This document shows positions 10,261 to 19,540 of a stretch of 45,897 bases of DNA, in pieces. The stretch is taken from assembly GCA_043811375.1 (NCBI GenBank), contig JBDRNJ010000069.1, positions 1 through 45,897 of the forward strand. The letters run 5' to 3'. The notes under the pieces are model-generated. The model had not been told where the DNA came from. It searched no databases and saw only the letters and a list, made by a program, of their open reading frames with translations. This DNA is from a bacterium (GTDB lineage: Bacteria > Zixibacteria > MSB-5A5 > GN15 > FEB-12). A program made the position numbers and the translations under genes. Each line of letters starts with the position of its first letter. Within the stretch, counting starts at the first letter, position 1.

Positions 10261-10426
10261 GCGGGTTTACCGAATGACGATTTATTAGATGCAACGTTAA
10301 ATGTACCCAAAGCTGACTTGTGGGATGGCCTCAGGACGTCCACCGCGCACAAGATAAAGTGGCGATGCCACAAGACCTTATCTAACATAAAGTTATCGTG
10401 CCTCCTCACAAAAGTGGCAATGCTAC
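10221..10426. repeat. Three copies of palindrome AAGTGGC(G/A)ATGC(C/T)AC
   Basis: Copies at 10221-10235, 10357-10371, 10412-10426. Confidence 0.75.
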
Positions 10427-10470
10427 TTCATTTTTATTAAGCCCAAGGGAACAACTCTGATGTATATGTA

Positions 10471-10500
10471 GTTATAACAATAACAATTATTATTAGTATT
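10471..10500 (+). promoter_or_regulatory. Candidate Fur/PerR box overlapping the promoter of the fur-family gene
   Basis: AT-rich near-palindrome AATAACAATTATTATT (10479-10494) with ATAACA hexamer repeats just upstream of the regulator. Confidence 0.55.
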
Positions 10501-10506
10501 GCAAAA

Positions 10507-10917
10507 GTGACTCAGGATATGAAAGCACAGAGAAATACAAAACAGAGACAGGTGATCCTCCAACAACTGCGACAGCTCACCACGCACCCGACGGCCCGTG
10601 AATTGTACGAGATTGTTCGGCTGCAACTGCCAAGAATCAGCCTGGGTACGATTTACCGCAATCTGGATTTGCTGCACAAGAAAGGTGAGATTCAGAAACT
10701 GGCTCTGGGTGCTCGCGAAGCTCGTTACGATGGCAATCCGGATCGACATCAGCATGTGCGTTGCACCGAATGTGGTCGAATCTGTGATTTCATACAGCGG
10801 CCGAAAAGTGTTGCCGACATGGAGCTTGACGACGCCGATGGTTGGAAAATTGTCGGTCAGCGCACCGAGTTCATCGGTATCTGCCCGGAATGTCGGCAGC
10901 AGGGACAACCTGAGTGA
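10507..10917 (+). CDS. Fur-family transcriptional repressor (PerR-like)
   Basis: TKQRQVIL, HPTA.ELY, SLGTIYRNL, HQHVRCTECG...CPEC. Confidence 0.93.
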   Translation: MTQDMKAQRNTKQRQVILQQLRQLTTHPTARELYEIVRLQLPRISLGTIYRNLDLLHKKGEIQKLALGAREARYDGNPDRHQHVRCTECGRICDFIQRPKSVADMELDDADGWKIVGQRTEFIGICPECRQQGQPE

Positions 10918-10952
10918 TAATAACAGAACTAAAGAGATTGTAGGAGGAGTGT

Positions 10953-11390
10953 ATGACTTCAAAGGAAGTTCAACAGGAAATCGTCTCCAATATGAGACGC
11001 TGGCAGAAGATTGAAAATGCTTCGGTAGCCTCAACCGGTAATGTCATTGAGCGCACCGAGAACCCGATCGTCCGTCTCATTATGGAGATCATCCAGCGCG
11101 ATTCTCAGATGCACTATCGTGTGCAGGGTATAATCGCGGACAGTCTCGAGTCCAGGACTATCACATTGACTCCGGACGAACTGGGTGAAGTGTGGGGGCT
11201 TATCGAAAAGCATATCGAGTTGGAGAAAAAGACGGTTCAACTTGCCAATGAGGCTCTGGCAGCCCTGAAGGGCAAGAAGATGGTGGTCCAGGAATACCTG
11301 CTGAACTACCTGTTGATCGACGAGGAAAAGCACAACCGGGTATTGGAATCGTTGGAGACGATCAAGAAAGGGATGTATCCCTATGGTTAA
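10953..11390 (+). CDS. Uncharacterised ferritin-like four-helix bundle protein
   Basis: Two helix pairs with E...DSQMH and E...DEEKH; SD AGGAGG. Confidence 0.7.
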   Translation: MTSKEVQQEIVSNMRRWQKIENASVASTGNVIERTENPIVRLIMEIIQRDSQMHYRVQGIIADSLESRTITLTPDELGEVWGLIEKHIELEKKTVQLANEALAALKGKKMVVQEYLLNYLLIDEEKHNRVLESLETIKKGMYPYG

Positions 11391-11449
11391 GGTCTCAACC
11401 CTTCAAGGGGAAGTGATTTTGAAACTTTGAAACTGATACAGGAATCATT

Positions 11450-12037
11450 ATGTCAAGTCTGGTTACCAAAGAAGCTCCCGATTTCACTGCCCAGGCGGTG
11501 ATGGGTGACAATTCGTTTGCGGAACTGAAGCTTTCATCGTACCGCGGCAAATATGTGGTCTTGTTTTTCTATCCTCTGGACTTTACCTTTGTGTGCCCAT
11601 CGGAGATTATTGCTTTCGATAAAGCACTGGCGAAGTTCAGGGAGAGAAACGCTGAGGTGATCGGTGTGTCGGTCGATTCACAGTACTCGCATTACGCCTG
11701 GAAAAACACGCCGGCTAACCAGGGCGGTATCGGATCGATTAAGTTCCCGCTGGTGGCTGATCTGAACAAGAACGTCGCTCGCGACTACGGCGTGCTGTTC
11801 GACGAGTCGGTGGCGTTGCGCGGACTGTTCCTGATCGACAAGGAAGGCATTGTCCGCCACGCCCTGGTCAATGATCTGTCGCTGGGACGCAACGTCGATG
11901 AGGCACTGCGGATGCTTGACGCCTTGCAGTTTACCGAGAAGCACGGCGAGGTTTGCCCGGCCAACTGGCGCCAGGGTGATGACAGCATGAAGCCGACGGC
12001 GGATGGTGTCGCGGAATATTTAGCTGCTCACGCTTAG
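11450..12037 (+). CDS. ahpC: Typical 2-Cys peroxiredoxin
   Basis: FYPLDFTFVCPSE and GEVCPANW. Confidence 0.95.
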   Translation: MSSLVTKEAPDFTAQAVMGDNSFAELKLSSYRGKYVVLFFYPLDFTFVCPSEIIAFDKALAKFRERNAEVIGVSVDSQYSHYAWKNTPANQGGIGSIKFPLVADLNKNVARDYGVLFDESVALRGLFLIDKEGIVRHALVNDLSLGRNVDEALRMLDALQFTEKHGEVCPANWRQGDDSMKPTADGVAEYLAAHA

Positions 12038-12097
12038 TAGAAGTATCAACTATCGTGAGAGTCAAAAACAGTGGTGATGCAATAAGAGAGGATTGAG

Positions 12098-12619
12098 ATG
12101 AGCGAGAGATTAGGTGTTGTCAAAATGAAGGGTAATCCCCTGACGCTGGTCGGCAACGAAGTCAAGGTGGGGGATACTGCCCCCGACTTTGAAGTGTTGA
12201 ACGATAAGCTGGAACCGGTCAAGCTTTCCTCGTTCAAGGGAAAGGTGATGGTTCTTGTCTCTGTGCCGTCGGTGGATACGCCTGTCTGTAATCTTGAGGC
12301 CAAACGTTTCAATATTGAGGCCGGGAAACTTGGCGATAAGGTTGTGATTCTTACCATCAGTATGGACCTGCCTTTTGCCCAGGCCCGCTGGTGTGCGGCA
12401 GCAAATGTGCAGAATGTCAAGCTTCTCTCGGATCACCGTGATGCCTCCTTTGGGACGGCATACGGTGTGTTGATAAAAGAACTGAGGTTGTTGGCCCGAA
12501 CCGTTTTTGTCATCGACCAGGGTGGTACTGTCCGGTATATCCAATACGTTGAAGAGACGACCGACGAGCCTGATTACGCCGACGTACTGGGAGCCGTCAA
12601 TAAGGTTCTGGAGGAGTAA
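12098..12619 (+). CDS. tpx: Thiol peroxidase (atypical 2-Cys Prx)
   Basis: VPSVDTPVC, ISMDLPFAQARWC, LLARTVFV, EPDY. Confidence 0.95.
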   Translation: MSERLGVVKMKGNPLTLVGNEVKVGDTAPDFEVLNDKLEPVKLSSFKGKVMVLVSVPSVDTPVCNLEAKRFNIEAGKLGDKVVILTISMDLPFAQARWCAAANVQNVKLLSDHRDASFGTAYGVLIKELRLLARTVFVIDQGGTVRYIQYVEETTDEPDYADVLGAVNKVLEE

Positions 12620-12620
12620 A

Positions 12621-13124
12621 ATGACGCTCGAAGAAGCAATCACGATGGCTGTCGATTACGAAATCAGAGTCCGCGATGCCTATCTCAAATCTGTGGATAG
12701 CATCGACGACGAAACCGGCCGTCGCGTATTTAAGGTGCTTGGCAACGAGGAGCAGGGGCATATCGATTACCTGCAGAGCCGGCTTCAGCAGTGGCAGAAA
12801 ACCGGCCAACTGTCCCCGACCAAACTGGAGACGGTCGTACCCTCTCGAGAAGTAATCGAGGCGGGTGTCAGCAGACTGGCCGATCACCTGTCCCAGCGGG
12901 ACTTCGGTACCGAGCGGGAGATACTACAGAAGGCGCTGGCTATGGAACAGGAAACCACGGATTTCTACAAGAAGATGGTGGCCGAGCTTGGCGAAGAGGG
13001 GAAACTGTTCAGCCGCTTTCTTGAAATCGAAGAGGGGCACCAGGCGATTGTGCAGGCTGAACTGGATTACCTCAATCGGACCGGAACATTTTTCGATTTT
13101 CAGGAATTCACTCTTGAATATTGA
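12621..13124 (+). CDS. Rubrerythrin-family ferritin-like di-iron protein (no rubredoxin domain)
   Basis: E..EEQGH and E..EEGH motifs. Confidence 0.85.
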   Translation: MTLEEAITMAVDYEIRVRDAYLKSVDSIDDETGRRVFKVLGNEEQGHIDYLQSRLQQWQKTGQLSPTKLETVVPSREVIEAGVSRLADHLSQRDFGTEREILQKALAMEQETTDFYKKMVAELGEEGKLFSRFLEIEEGHQAIVQAELDYLNRTGTFFDFQEFTLEY

Positions 13125-13183
13125 CGGTGTAAAACAGAAAGACCGTCACAGGTTATTGTGAGAACATACTAAGGAGAAAACCG

Positions 13184-13561
13184 ATGGCTACTGAAAGACT
13201 GCAAGTTTACAAATGCCAGGTCTGCGGTAATATCGTGGAGGTTGTCCATGCTGCCGCCGGGAAGTTGGTTTGCTGTGGCAAACCTATGACATTGCTGAAG
13301 GCAGGCGAAGTTGACGCCGCTACCGAGAAGCACGTGCCGGTGATCGAGAAAGTCGACGGCGGTTACAAGGTGACGGTCGGTGAAGTCGCTCATCCGATGG
13401 AAGAGAAACACTACATCGAGTGGATCGAACTGATTGCCGACGGCATAGCCTATCACCAGTTCCTCAGCCCCGGCGACGTCCCGGAGGCTTTTTTCAAGTT
13501 GGCTGCCGCTGAAGTCAGCGCGCGTGAATACTGCAACCTGCACGGATTGTGGAAAGCTTAA
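13184..13561 (+). CDS. dfx: Desulfoferrodoxin / 2Fe superoxide reductase
   Basis: CQVCGN...[28 protein letters not shown]. Confidence 0.96.
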   Translation: MATERLQVYKCQVCGNIVEVVHAAAGKLVCCGKPMTLLKAGEVDAATEKHVPVIEKVDGGYKVTVGEVAHPMEEKHYIEWIELIADGIAYHQFLSPGDVPEAFFKLAAAEVSAREYCNLHGLWKA

Positions 13562-13582
13562 ACCGAAAGGGAGAAAACGAAG

Positions 13583-14032
13583 ATGTTTGATTCTGCCGAC
13601 AAAATTCTGGATTTTGCCATTCAAAATGAGCAACTCGCGGCCGATTTCTACACTCGCCTGGCCGACAAGATGAACGCTCAGAGTATGAAAGATGTATTTC
13701 TGCAGTTTGCCGAGGAAGAAAAGGGACACAAAGCCAAGCTGGAAAGAGTCAGGACCGGCAAGCTGCTGTTGGGCGCCGAGAAAAAGATCCTGGACCTGAA
13801 AATTGGTGACAACCTGGTCGAGATTGATCTGTCCGGCGATCTTAGTTACCAGGAAGCCCTCATTGTGGCAATGAAAGCCGAAAAGGCCGCCTTCAAGCTC
13901 TATACAAACCTGGCTGCTGCAACTGACGACGACGGTTTGAAGCAAATCTTTCTGGATTTGGCTCAGGAGGAAGCCAAACATAAACTTCGCTTCGAAATTG
14001 AATACGATGACAACATATTGACGGAGAATTGA
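13583..14032 (+). CDS. Rubrerythrin-family ferritin-like protein
   Basis: EEKGH and EEAKH di-iron motifs. Confidence 0.85.
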   Translation: MFDSADKILDFAIQNEQLAADFYTRLADKMNAQSMKDVFLQFAEEEKGHKAKLERVRTGKLLLGAEKKILDLKIGDNLVEIDLSGDLSYQEALIVAMKAEKAAFKLYTNLAAATDDDGLKQIFLDLAQEEAKHKLRFEIEYDDNILTEN

Positions 14033-14059
14033 CCCCCCACCAGTAGTGAGGTTTGCCGC

Positions 14060-14575
14060 ATGATAAGCAAGAAAATGCAGGATGCACTAAATGACCAGGT
14101 GACGGCCGAGTTTTACTCGGCCCACCTTTACTTGGCTATGTCGGCCTATCTGGAATCGATTGATTTGCCGGGGTATGCCAACTGGATGCGAGTGCAGTAC
14201 CAGGAGGAAGTATCACATGGAATGAAGATGTTTGACTATGTGATTGAACGGGATGGTCGAGCCCTGGTAAAAGCGTTCGAGGCTCCCCCTTCCGAATGGG
14301 ATTCAGCACTGAGTGTGTTTGATGCTGTCTATGAACATGAACAAAAAGTGACCAGCCTGATCAACAACCTGGTCGACATCGCTCTGTCTGAAAAAGATCA
14401 TGCTTCCCACATCTTCCTGCAGTGGTTTGTCAACGAGCAGGTCGAAGAGGAAGCCACAGCCAAGGGGATTGTTCAACAACTCAAGATGCTGGGTGATTCC
14501 AGGGCCGGCATGTTCCAGATTGATCGTGAGCTGGGGCAGCGTGTCTTCACGCCACCGCCGGCAAGTGCCGGATGA
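14060..14575 (+). CDS. ftnA: Non-heme ferritin
   Basis: LNDQVTAEFYSAHLYLAMS, EE.SH, LQWFVNEQVEEE, DRELG. Confidence 0.93.
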   Translation: MISKKMQDALNDQVTAEFYSAHLYLAMSAYLESIDLPGYANWMRVQYQEEVSHGMKMFDYVIERDGRALVKAFEAPPSEWDSALSVFDAVYEHEQKVTSLINNLVDIALSEKDHASHIFLQWFVNEQVEEEATAKGIVQQLKMLGDSRAGMFQIDRELGQRVFTPPPASAG

Positions 14576-14635
14576 AATCGCATGGAACTGCAGGCAATCT
14601 GTTGATCCGGTAGGATTTGTTGAAGGAAACTGTCA

Positions 14636-15328
14636 GTGAGTAACCAAACCGACAAAGCCGCCGTCAGGAACCTGCTGTTGCTGCGGGATGGGAAAGGCCT
14701 GCTGCAGTGGTCCGACAGACGACGCAACCATTACCGAGTTGTGATGTCTCTGACATATGACTCCGATGAATTGGTGCGCCGGCGGGCGATTGAAGCGATC
14801 GGCCGGCTGGCCGGCAGCCAGAGTCTGTATGACCTCGAGAAAGTCCGCGATCTTATCCGTCGACTGCTGTGGCTGATGAACGATGAATCCGGCGGACTTG
14901 GATGGCAGGCTCCGGAGATGATCGGTGAAATCCTGGTAAACGTACCGGTACTGATTGGCGAATACGCCCATTTGCTGCCGGCTTTTCTCGATGAAGAGCC
15001 GTTTGAAAGAGGAGCGCATCACGCGATTTATCGAGTGGCGACGGTCAATCCTCAGCCGTTTGCAGAGTCTGTCGGAAGATTGCGCGACTCTCTCAACGAT
15101 CCGGATCCCGCCACCAGGGTCTATGCGGCGCTGGCGCTGACGGCAATCGGGGCGGACACGAACGGTAATGGCTTCAAAGGACTCCGGTCAGACCCAGGCA
15201 GACTTTCGTGGTATGATTTTGGGACCGGTGAGCTCTGTCGGAGCACGGTGCGTAATGTGATGGAAAGTGTTTTAGAGCAGCGGGGTCCCTGTAATCGGGA
15301 TGGGAATCAAAGGATTCAACAGGAATGA
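14636..15328 (+). CDS. HEAT-repeat protein (DVU0298-like)
   Basis: RRLLWLMNDESGGLGW.APE.IGEI signature; HEAT-like repeats. Confidence 0.7.
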   Translation: MSNQTDKAAVRNLLLLRDGKGLLQWSDRRRNHYRVVMSLTYDSDELVRRRAIEAIGRLAGSQSLYDLEKVRDLIRRLLWLMNDESGGLGWQAPEMIGEILVNVPVLIGEYAHLLPAFLDEEPFERGAHHAIYRVATVNPQPFAESVGRLRDSLNDPDPATRVYAALALTAIGADTNGNGFKGLRSDPGRLSWYDFGTGELCRSTVRNVMESVLEQRGPCNRDGNQRIQQE

Positions 15329-15350
15329 GTGTTGCAATAAGGAGAATGTC

Positions 15351-15926
15351 ATGGCTGATCTGAAAGGATCACAAACTGAGAAGAACCTGCTGACCGCCTT
15401 TGCCGGTGAATCTCAGGCACGGAACCGCTATACCTATTTCGCCAGCAAGGCGCAAAAGGAAGGTTTCGTACAAATATCACACATTTTCGAAGAAACCGCT
15501 AACCAGGAAAGAGAACACGCCAAGAGACTGTTTAAGTTTCTCAAGGGTGGAGAAGTCGAGATTCAGGCATCCTTCCCGGCCGGAGTAATCGGCACCACGT
15601 CCGAGAACCTGTCCGCTGCGGCTGAGGGCGAGCATCATGAATGGGAGAGCATGTACCCTGAGTTTGCGAAGATTGCTCGCGAAGAAGGTTTTGAGACAAT
15701 TGCTCGGACTTTTGAGGCCATTGCTGTAGCTGAAAAACAGCACGGAAAACGCTATCTCGGCTTGAAGGCCAACATTGACGGTGGAAAGGTCTTCAAAAAG
15801 GAGAAGAAGGTCGTCTGGAGATGTCGCAATTGCGGCTATATCCACGAGGGCGAAGAAGCACCAAAGGTCTGTCTGGCATGCGACCACCCGCAGGCGCATT
15901 TCGAACTGCAGGCTAAAAACTGGTAA
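15351..15926 (+). CDS. rbr: Rubrerythrin
   Basis: AFAGESQARNRYTYFA, di-iron motifs, C-terminal CRNCGY...CLAC.HP. Confidence 0.96.
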   Translation: MADLKGSQTEKNLLTAFAGESQARNRYTYFASKAQKEGFVQISHIFEETANQEREHAKRLFKFLKGGEVEIQASFPAGVIGTTSENLSAAAEGEHHEWESMYPEFAKIAREEGFETIARTFEAIAVAEKQHGKRYLGLKANIDGGKVFKKEKKVVWRCRNCGYIHEGEEAPKVCLACDHPQAHFELQAKNW

Positions 15927-15976
15927 AGAAATTCGAATGACATTAAGGTTTAGATTAACTTCTGCTGGAGGCAACG

Positions 15977-16471
15977 ATGAATGTATTTGAATATGCCATG
16001 AAGATGGAAGAGGACGGCCGGGCCTACTACCTGGAACATGCTGAGAAGATAAGCAACCCGGCCTTAAAAAGAGTGTTGGTCGAATTGGCCGAGGATGAAT
16101 TGAAGCATTACAACACTTTCAAAGCCCTCAGAGACGAGCAGTCCGCCGAATACAAAGAATCCGAGAAAACCACGATTCTTTCTACTCTTAAGAATGTCTT
16201 TGAGACATTGAAAGCGGAGTCCGGTGAGCATAGTATTCCCTCAGACGCAACCAGGGTCTGGGAACATGCTCGTGATGTTGAAAAGAAGTCGGAGGCCTTT
16301 TACCGGGAGAAAGCGGCTGAGGTCGATGATGAGTCTCAGAAGCATATTCTCACTCGGATTGCGGACGAAGAACACAACCACTGGGTGGCCCTGGATAATG
16401 TAATACGTTTTCTCAATCGCCCGCAGCAATGGCTGGAAAATGCCGAATGGTCCCATCTGGAGGACTACTGA
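15977..16471 (+). CDS. Rubrerythrin-family ferritin-like protein
   Basis: DELKH and EEHNH; AMKMEEDG..YY. Confidence 0.85.
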   Translation: MNVFEYAMKMEEDGRAYYLEHAEKISNPALKRVLVELAEDELKHYNTFKALRDEQSAEYKESEKTTILSTLKNVFETLKAESGEHSIPSDATRVWEHARDVEKKSEAFYREKAAEVDDESQKHILTRIADEEHNHWVALDNVIRFLNRPQQWLENAEWSHLEDY

Positions 16472-16507
16472 ACTGAATGCCGACCTGTGGCAAAGTAAAC
16501 GGTCTTG

Positions 16508-17671
16508 ATGATGATTGATGTTATTTTCAGAATAATCACTGAGAGCTGGATGGTTCTCGGTCAGATGTCGCCCTATCTGCTGTTCGGCTTTGTAGCAGCC
16601 GGTGTCATGTCGGTGTGCTTGTCAACCGAGTGGGTGCAGCGCCATTTGGGGGGACGAGGTATGGGGCCGGTTATCAAGGCCTCTGTCTTCGGCGTACCCT
16701 TGCCGTTGTGTTCCTGCAGTGTTATACCGGTGGCGGTTTCAGTGCACAAGCAGGGTGCCAGTCGCGCTGCTACCACCGCCTTTCTGCTTTCCACGCCTCA
16801 GACCGGAGTAGACAGCATCGCTGTCACCTACGCCCTGCTGGGGCCGGTTTTTGCCGTTTTCCGACCGGTGGCTGCATTATTGACCGGATTGGCCGGTGGT
16901 GCGCTGGTCAGGTTACTGGGAGAACCGAACGGCCTCGGCAATCAACCAGGCCCGGCCGCGGCATCTTCCGGCAGTTGCTGTGAGTCAGCCCCACAACGAT
17001 CCGGCGTGCTTTCTCGCATCTTGCGCTACGGTCTGGTGACGCTTCCCCGCGACATAGGTCCGGCGTTGCTGGTGGGAGTTCTGATCGCCGGCACATTGAC
17101 CGCTCTGGTGCCACAGGATCAACTGGCGCCGTATATTGGCGGCGGGGTTTTGTCGATTCTGCTGATGATGTTGGCGGGAGTGCCGGTCTACGTCTGTGCC
17201 ACAGCTTCGGTGCCGATTGCCGCCGGTCTGATGCACCTGGGTGCCTCACCCGGCACCGCTTTAGCTTTCCTGATTGCCGGACCGGCTACCAACGCGGCTA
17301 CTTTCACAACCATCTGGAAAGTGCTGGGACGGCGAACGGCAGTATTGTTTCTTGTAACGGTGGGCATCAGTGCGCTCGGTACCGGTTTGCTTTTGGACTG
17401 GCTGATGCCGATGTTGGGGTCCACGTTACCGGATTTGGGCGCTGGACCGGTGCATTCGCATATGAACGGATGGTTTCATGTCGGAGCTGTCCTGTTGTTG
17501 GTGCTGCTGCTGGTTTCATTTGTATTCAGTGACCGTAGTCGATCCAGTGAAGACTCATTGGAGGCGGGCAGCGCCGGGTCAGCCGTACCTGCTGACGGAT
17601 CAGCGGCAACAACCGGGTCGTGTGCCTGTTGTTGCCATGAAAATGAAAACGGCAAAGAGCAGACAGGGTAG
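16508..17671 (+). CDS. ArsP/DUF318-type permease (SO_0444-like metal efflux family)
   Basis: GVPLPLCSCSVIP, FLLSTPQTGVDS, YVCATASVPIA, GPATN; Cys-rich linker and tail. Confidence 0.85.
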   Translation: MMIDVIFRIITESWMVLGQMSPYLLFGFVAAGVMSVCLSTEWVQRHLGGRGMGPVIKASVFGVPLPLCSCSVIPVAVSVHKQGASRAATTAFLLSTPQTGVDSIAVTYALLGPVFAVFRPVAALLTGLAGGALVRLLGEPNGLGNQPGPAAASSGSCCESAPQRSGVLSRILRYGLVTLPRDIGPALLVGVLIAGTLTALVPQDQLAPYIGGGVLSILLMMLAGVPVYVCATASVPIAAGLMHLGASPGTALAFLIAGPATNAATFTTIWKVLGRRTAVLFLVTVGISALGTGLLLDWLMPMLGSTLPDLGAGPVHSHMNGWFHVGAVLLLVLLLVSFVFSDRSRSSEDSLEAGSAGSAVPADGSAATTGSCACCCHENENGKEQTG

Positions 17672-17764
17672 CGGGGAAATGCTTATAATGAAATCACGTT
17701 CCGTCGCACGGTCAATCGTTGCCGGCGGACAGAGAAAACCGCTTCACCAGGGGAGGTGTCAACG

Positions 17765-18592
17765 GTGACCAGGGAACCAAACGCCATTGTCAGCCAGAGA
17801 ATCGAGATAACACCAAACCTGATAAAGCTCCGGGTGGTGCCGCAAGGATGGGAACTACCCGATTTCACTCCGGGACAGTACGTTGTGCTGGGTCTGCCGG
17901 GCTCGGCTCCTCGCTACCCCGGCGCCGAGGTCGAGGACCGTCCCCCCAAGGACCCTGACAAGAGCATCATGAGAGCCTATTCCGTAGCCTCATCTTCGAT
18001 AGCCAAAGAGTACCTCGAATTTTACATTGGCCTGGTGCATTCGGGCTCGCTTTCGCCCCGGCTGTTTAACCTTAAGGCGGGTGACAGTGTTTGGCTTGCA
18101 GAACGATTCAAGGGTATGTTCACGTTGTCAGAGGTGCCTAATGAGTTCAACATCCTGCTTATTGCCACCGGGACCGGTGTGGCACCATACATGAGCATGA
18201 TTCGAACCGAAATAACCCAGGGGTTGCAGCGCCGCTTCGCGGTGGTTCTTGGTGCCAACCATTCGGTCGACCTGGGTTATCACGAGGAGCTCAAGGCACT
18301 GGATTCGATCAGCGACAACTTCCATTATCTGCCCATTCTCAGCCTGGCCCATGAAGAGCCGGTTCCCTGGCCGGGACACCAGGGTTTTATTCAGGATCTG
18401 TGGCAAGGTGGTACTATCGACAAAATCTGGGGATTCCATCCGACATCGGACAACACTCATGTATTCCTGTGTGGTAACCCGATTATGATCGACATCATGG
18501 TTGATATCTTAAGTGAAGAAGGCTTCAAGGAGCACTCCCTTAAGCAGACCGGGCAGATTCACCTGGAGCGGTTTTTCACCAAAGCTAAATGA
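17765..18592 (+). CDS. fpr: Ferredoxin/flavodoxin-NADP+ reductase
   Basis: RAYSVAS, GSLSPRL, ATGTGVAPY, LCGNP.MI, ERFF; GTG 8 nt after GGAGG. Confidence 0.9.
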   Translation: MTREPNAIVSQRIEITPNLIKLRVVPQGWELPDFTPGQYVVLGLPGSAPRYPGAEVEDRPPKDPDKSIMRAYSVASSSIAKEYLEFYIGLVHSGSLSPRLFNLKAGDSVWLAERFKGMFTLSEVPNEFNILLIATGTGVAPYMSMIRTEITQGLQRRFAVVLGANHSVDLGYHEELKALDSISDNFHYLPILSLAHEEPVPWPGHQGFIQDLWQGGTIDKIWGFHPTSDNTHVFLCGNPIMIDIMVDILSEEGFKEHSLKQTGQIHLERFFTKAK

Positions 18593-18642
18593 GGTGGTAT
18601 AGACCACCGGTTCATGGCGTATGACGGAGGAAACCACGTACA

Positions 18643-19461
18643 ATGAATATCGTCGGCTGGTTTGAGGGACTGCACCCGGTGGTGCAAGCCCTGCTGGCTA
18701 CTTGCTTCACTTGGCTGATGACCGCTCTCGGTGCGGCGGTAGTCTTTTCTGCAAGAGATCTCTCCCGTCGCACGCTGGATGTCATGCTCGGTTTCGCAGC
18801 CGGAGTGATGATAGCGGCCAGTTACTGGTCACTGCTGGCCCCGGCCATCGAAATGTCCGAGGAAATGAATCTCCCTCCCTGGCTACCGGCGGTGGTCGGT
18901 TTTCTGGCCGGCGCGTTTTCCCTGCTGCTTATCGATCAGATTCTGCCCCATCTTCATCGCGGCAAGGCTACCGATGAAGCGGAAGGGGTCAGAACGAGTT
19001 GGCGGCGGTCGACATTGCTGGTGCTGGCCATTACGCTGCACAACATACCGGAGGGGCTTGCCGTCGGGGTAGCTTTCGGAGCCGTAGCGGTCGGATATCC
19101 ATCGGCGACGCTGGCTGGCGCGGTGGCGCTGGCTATAGGCATCGGCATCCAGAACTTCCCGGAAGGGACGGCGGTCTCAATGCCTTTGCGCCGAGAGAAT
19201 ATCTCCCGATTGAAGAGTTTCTGGTACGGCCAACTATCGGGTATCGTCGAGCCAATAGCGGGCATACTGGGAGCGGCCCTGGTGATTGTGGCACGACCGA
19301 TCCTGCCCTACGCTCTGGCTTTCGCCGCCGGTGCCATGATCTTTGTGGTGGTCGAGGAACTGGTTCCGGAGTCGCAGAGCGGAGGCCACTCGCACGCAGC
19401 TTCCATAGGAGCGATGCTTGGCTTTGCGCTAATGATGACGCTTGATGTAGCGTTTGGATAG
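18643..19461 (+). CDS. ZIP-family metal transporter (ZupT/GufA)
   Basis: ITLHNIPEGLAVG and IQNFPEG motifs. Confidence 0.92.
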   Translation: MNIVGWFEGLHPVVQALLATCFTWLMTALGAAVVFSARDLSRRTLDVMLGFAAGVMIAASYWSLLAPAIEMSEEMNLPPWLPAVVGFLAGAFSLLLIDQILPHLHRGKATDEAEGVRTSWRRSTLLVLAITLHNIPEGLAVGVAFGAVAVGYPSATLAGAVALAIGIGIQNFPEGTAVSMPLRRENISRLKSFWYGQLSGIVEPIAGILGAALVIVARPILPYALAFAAGAMIFVVVEELVPESQSGGHSHAASIGAMLGFALMMTLDVAFG

Positions 19462-19540
19462 AACCGATGCCATAGACCTGCTGATACGGGCGAAGGTTGT
19501 TGTTGCACGATAGTTCTAATCGATCTGACACGGAGGTTTT

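Noticed and set aside
10380..10408. ATCTAACATAA resembling the XerD arm of dif
   Set aside because: No convincing XerC arm at 6-bp spacing
9938..10500. Outer att repeat of the proposed older element
   Set aside because: No TAGCGGTAC-like copy found by eye in this interval
11450..18592. Selenocysteine recoding in redox genes
   Set aside because: Catalytic positions are ordinary Cys codons and ORFs are full length
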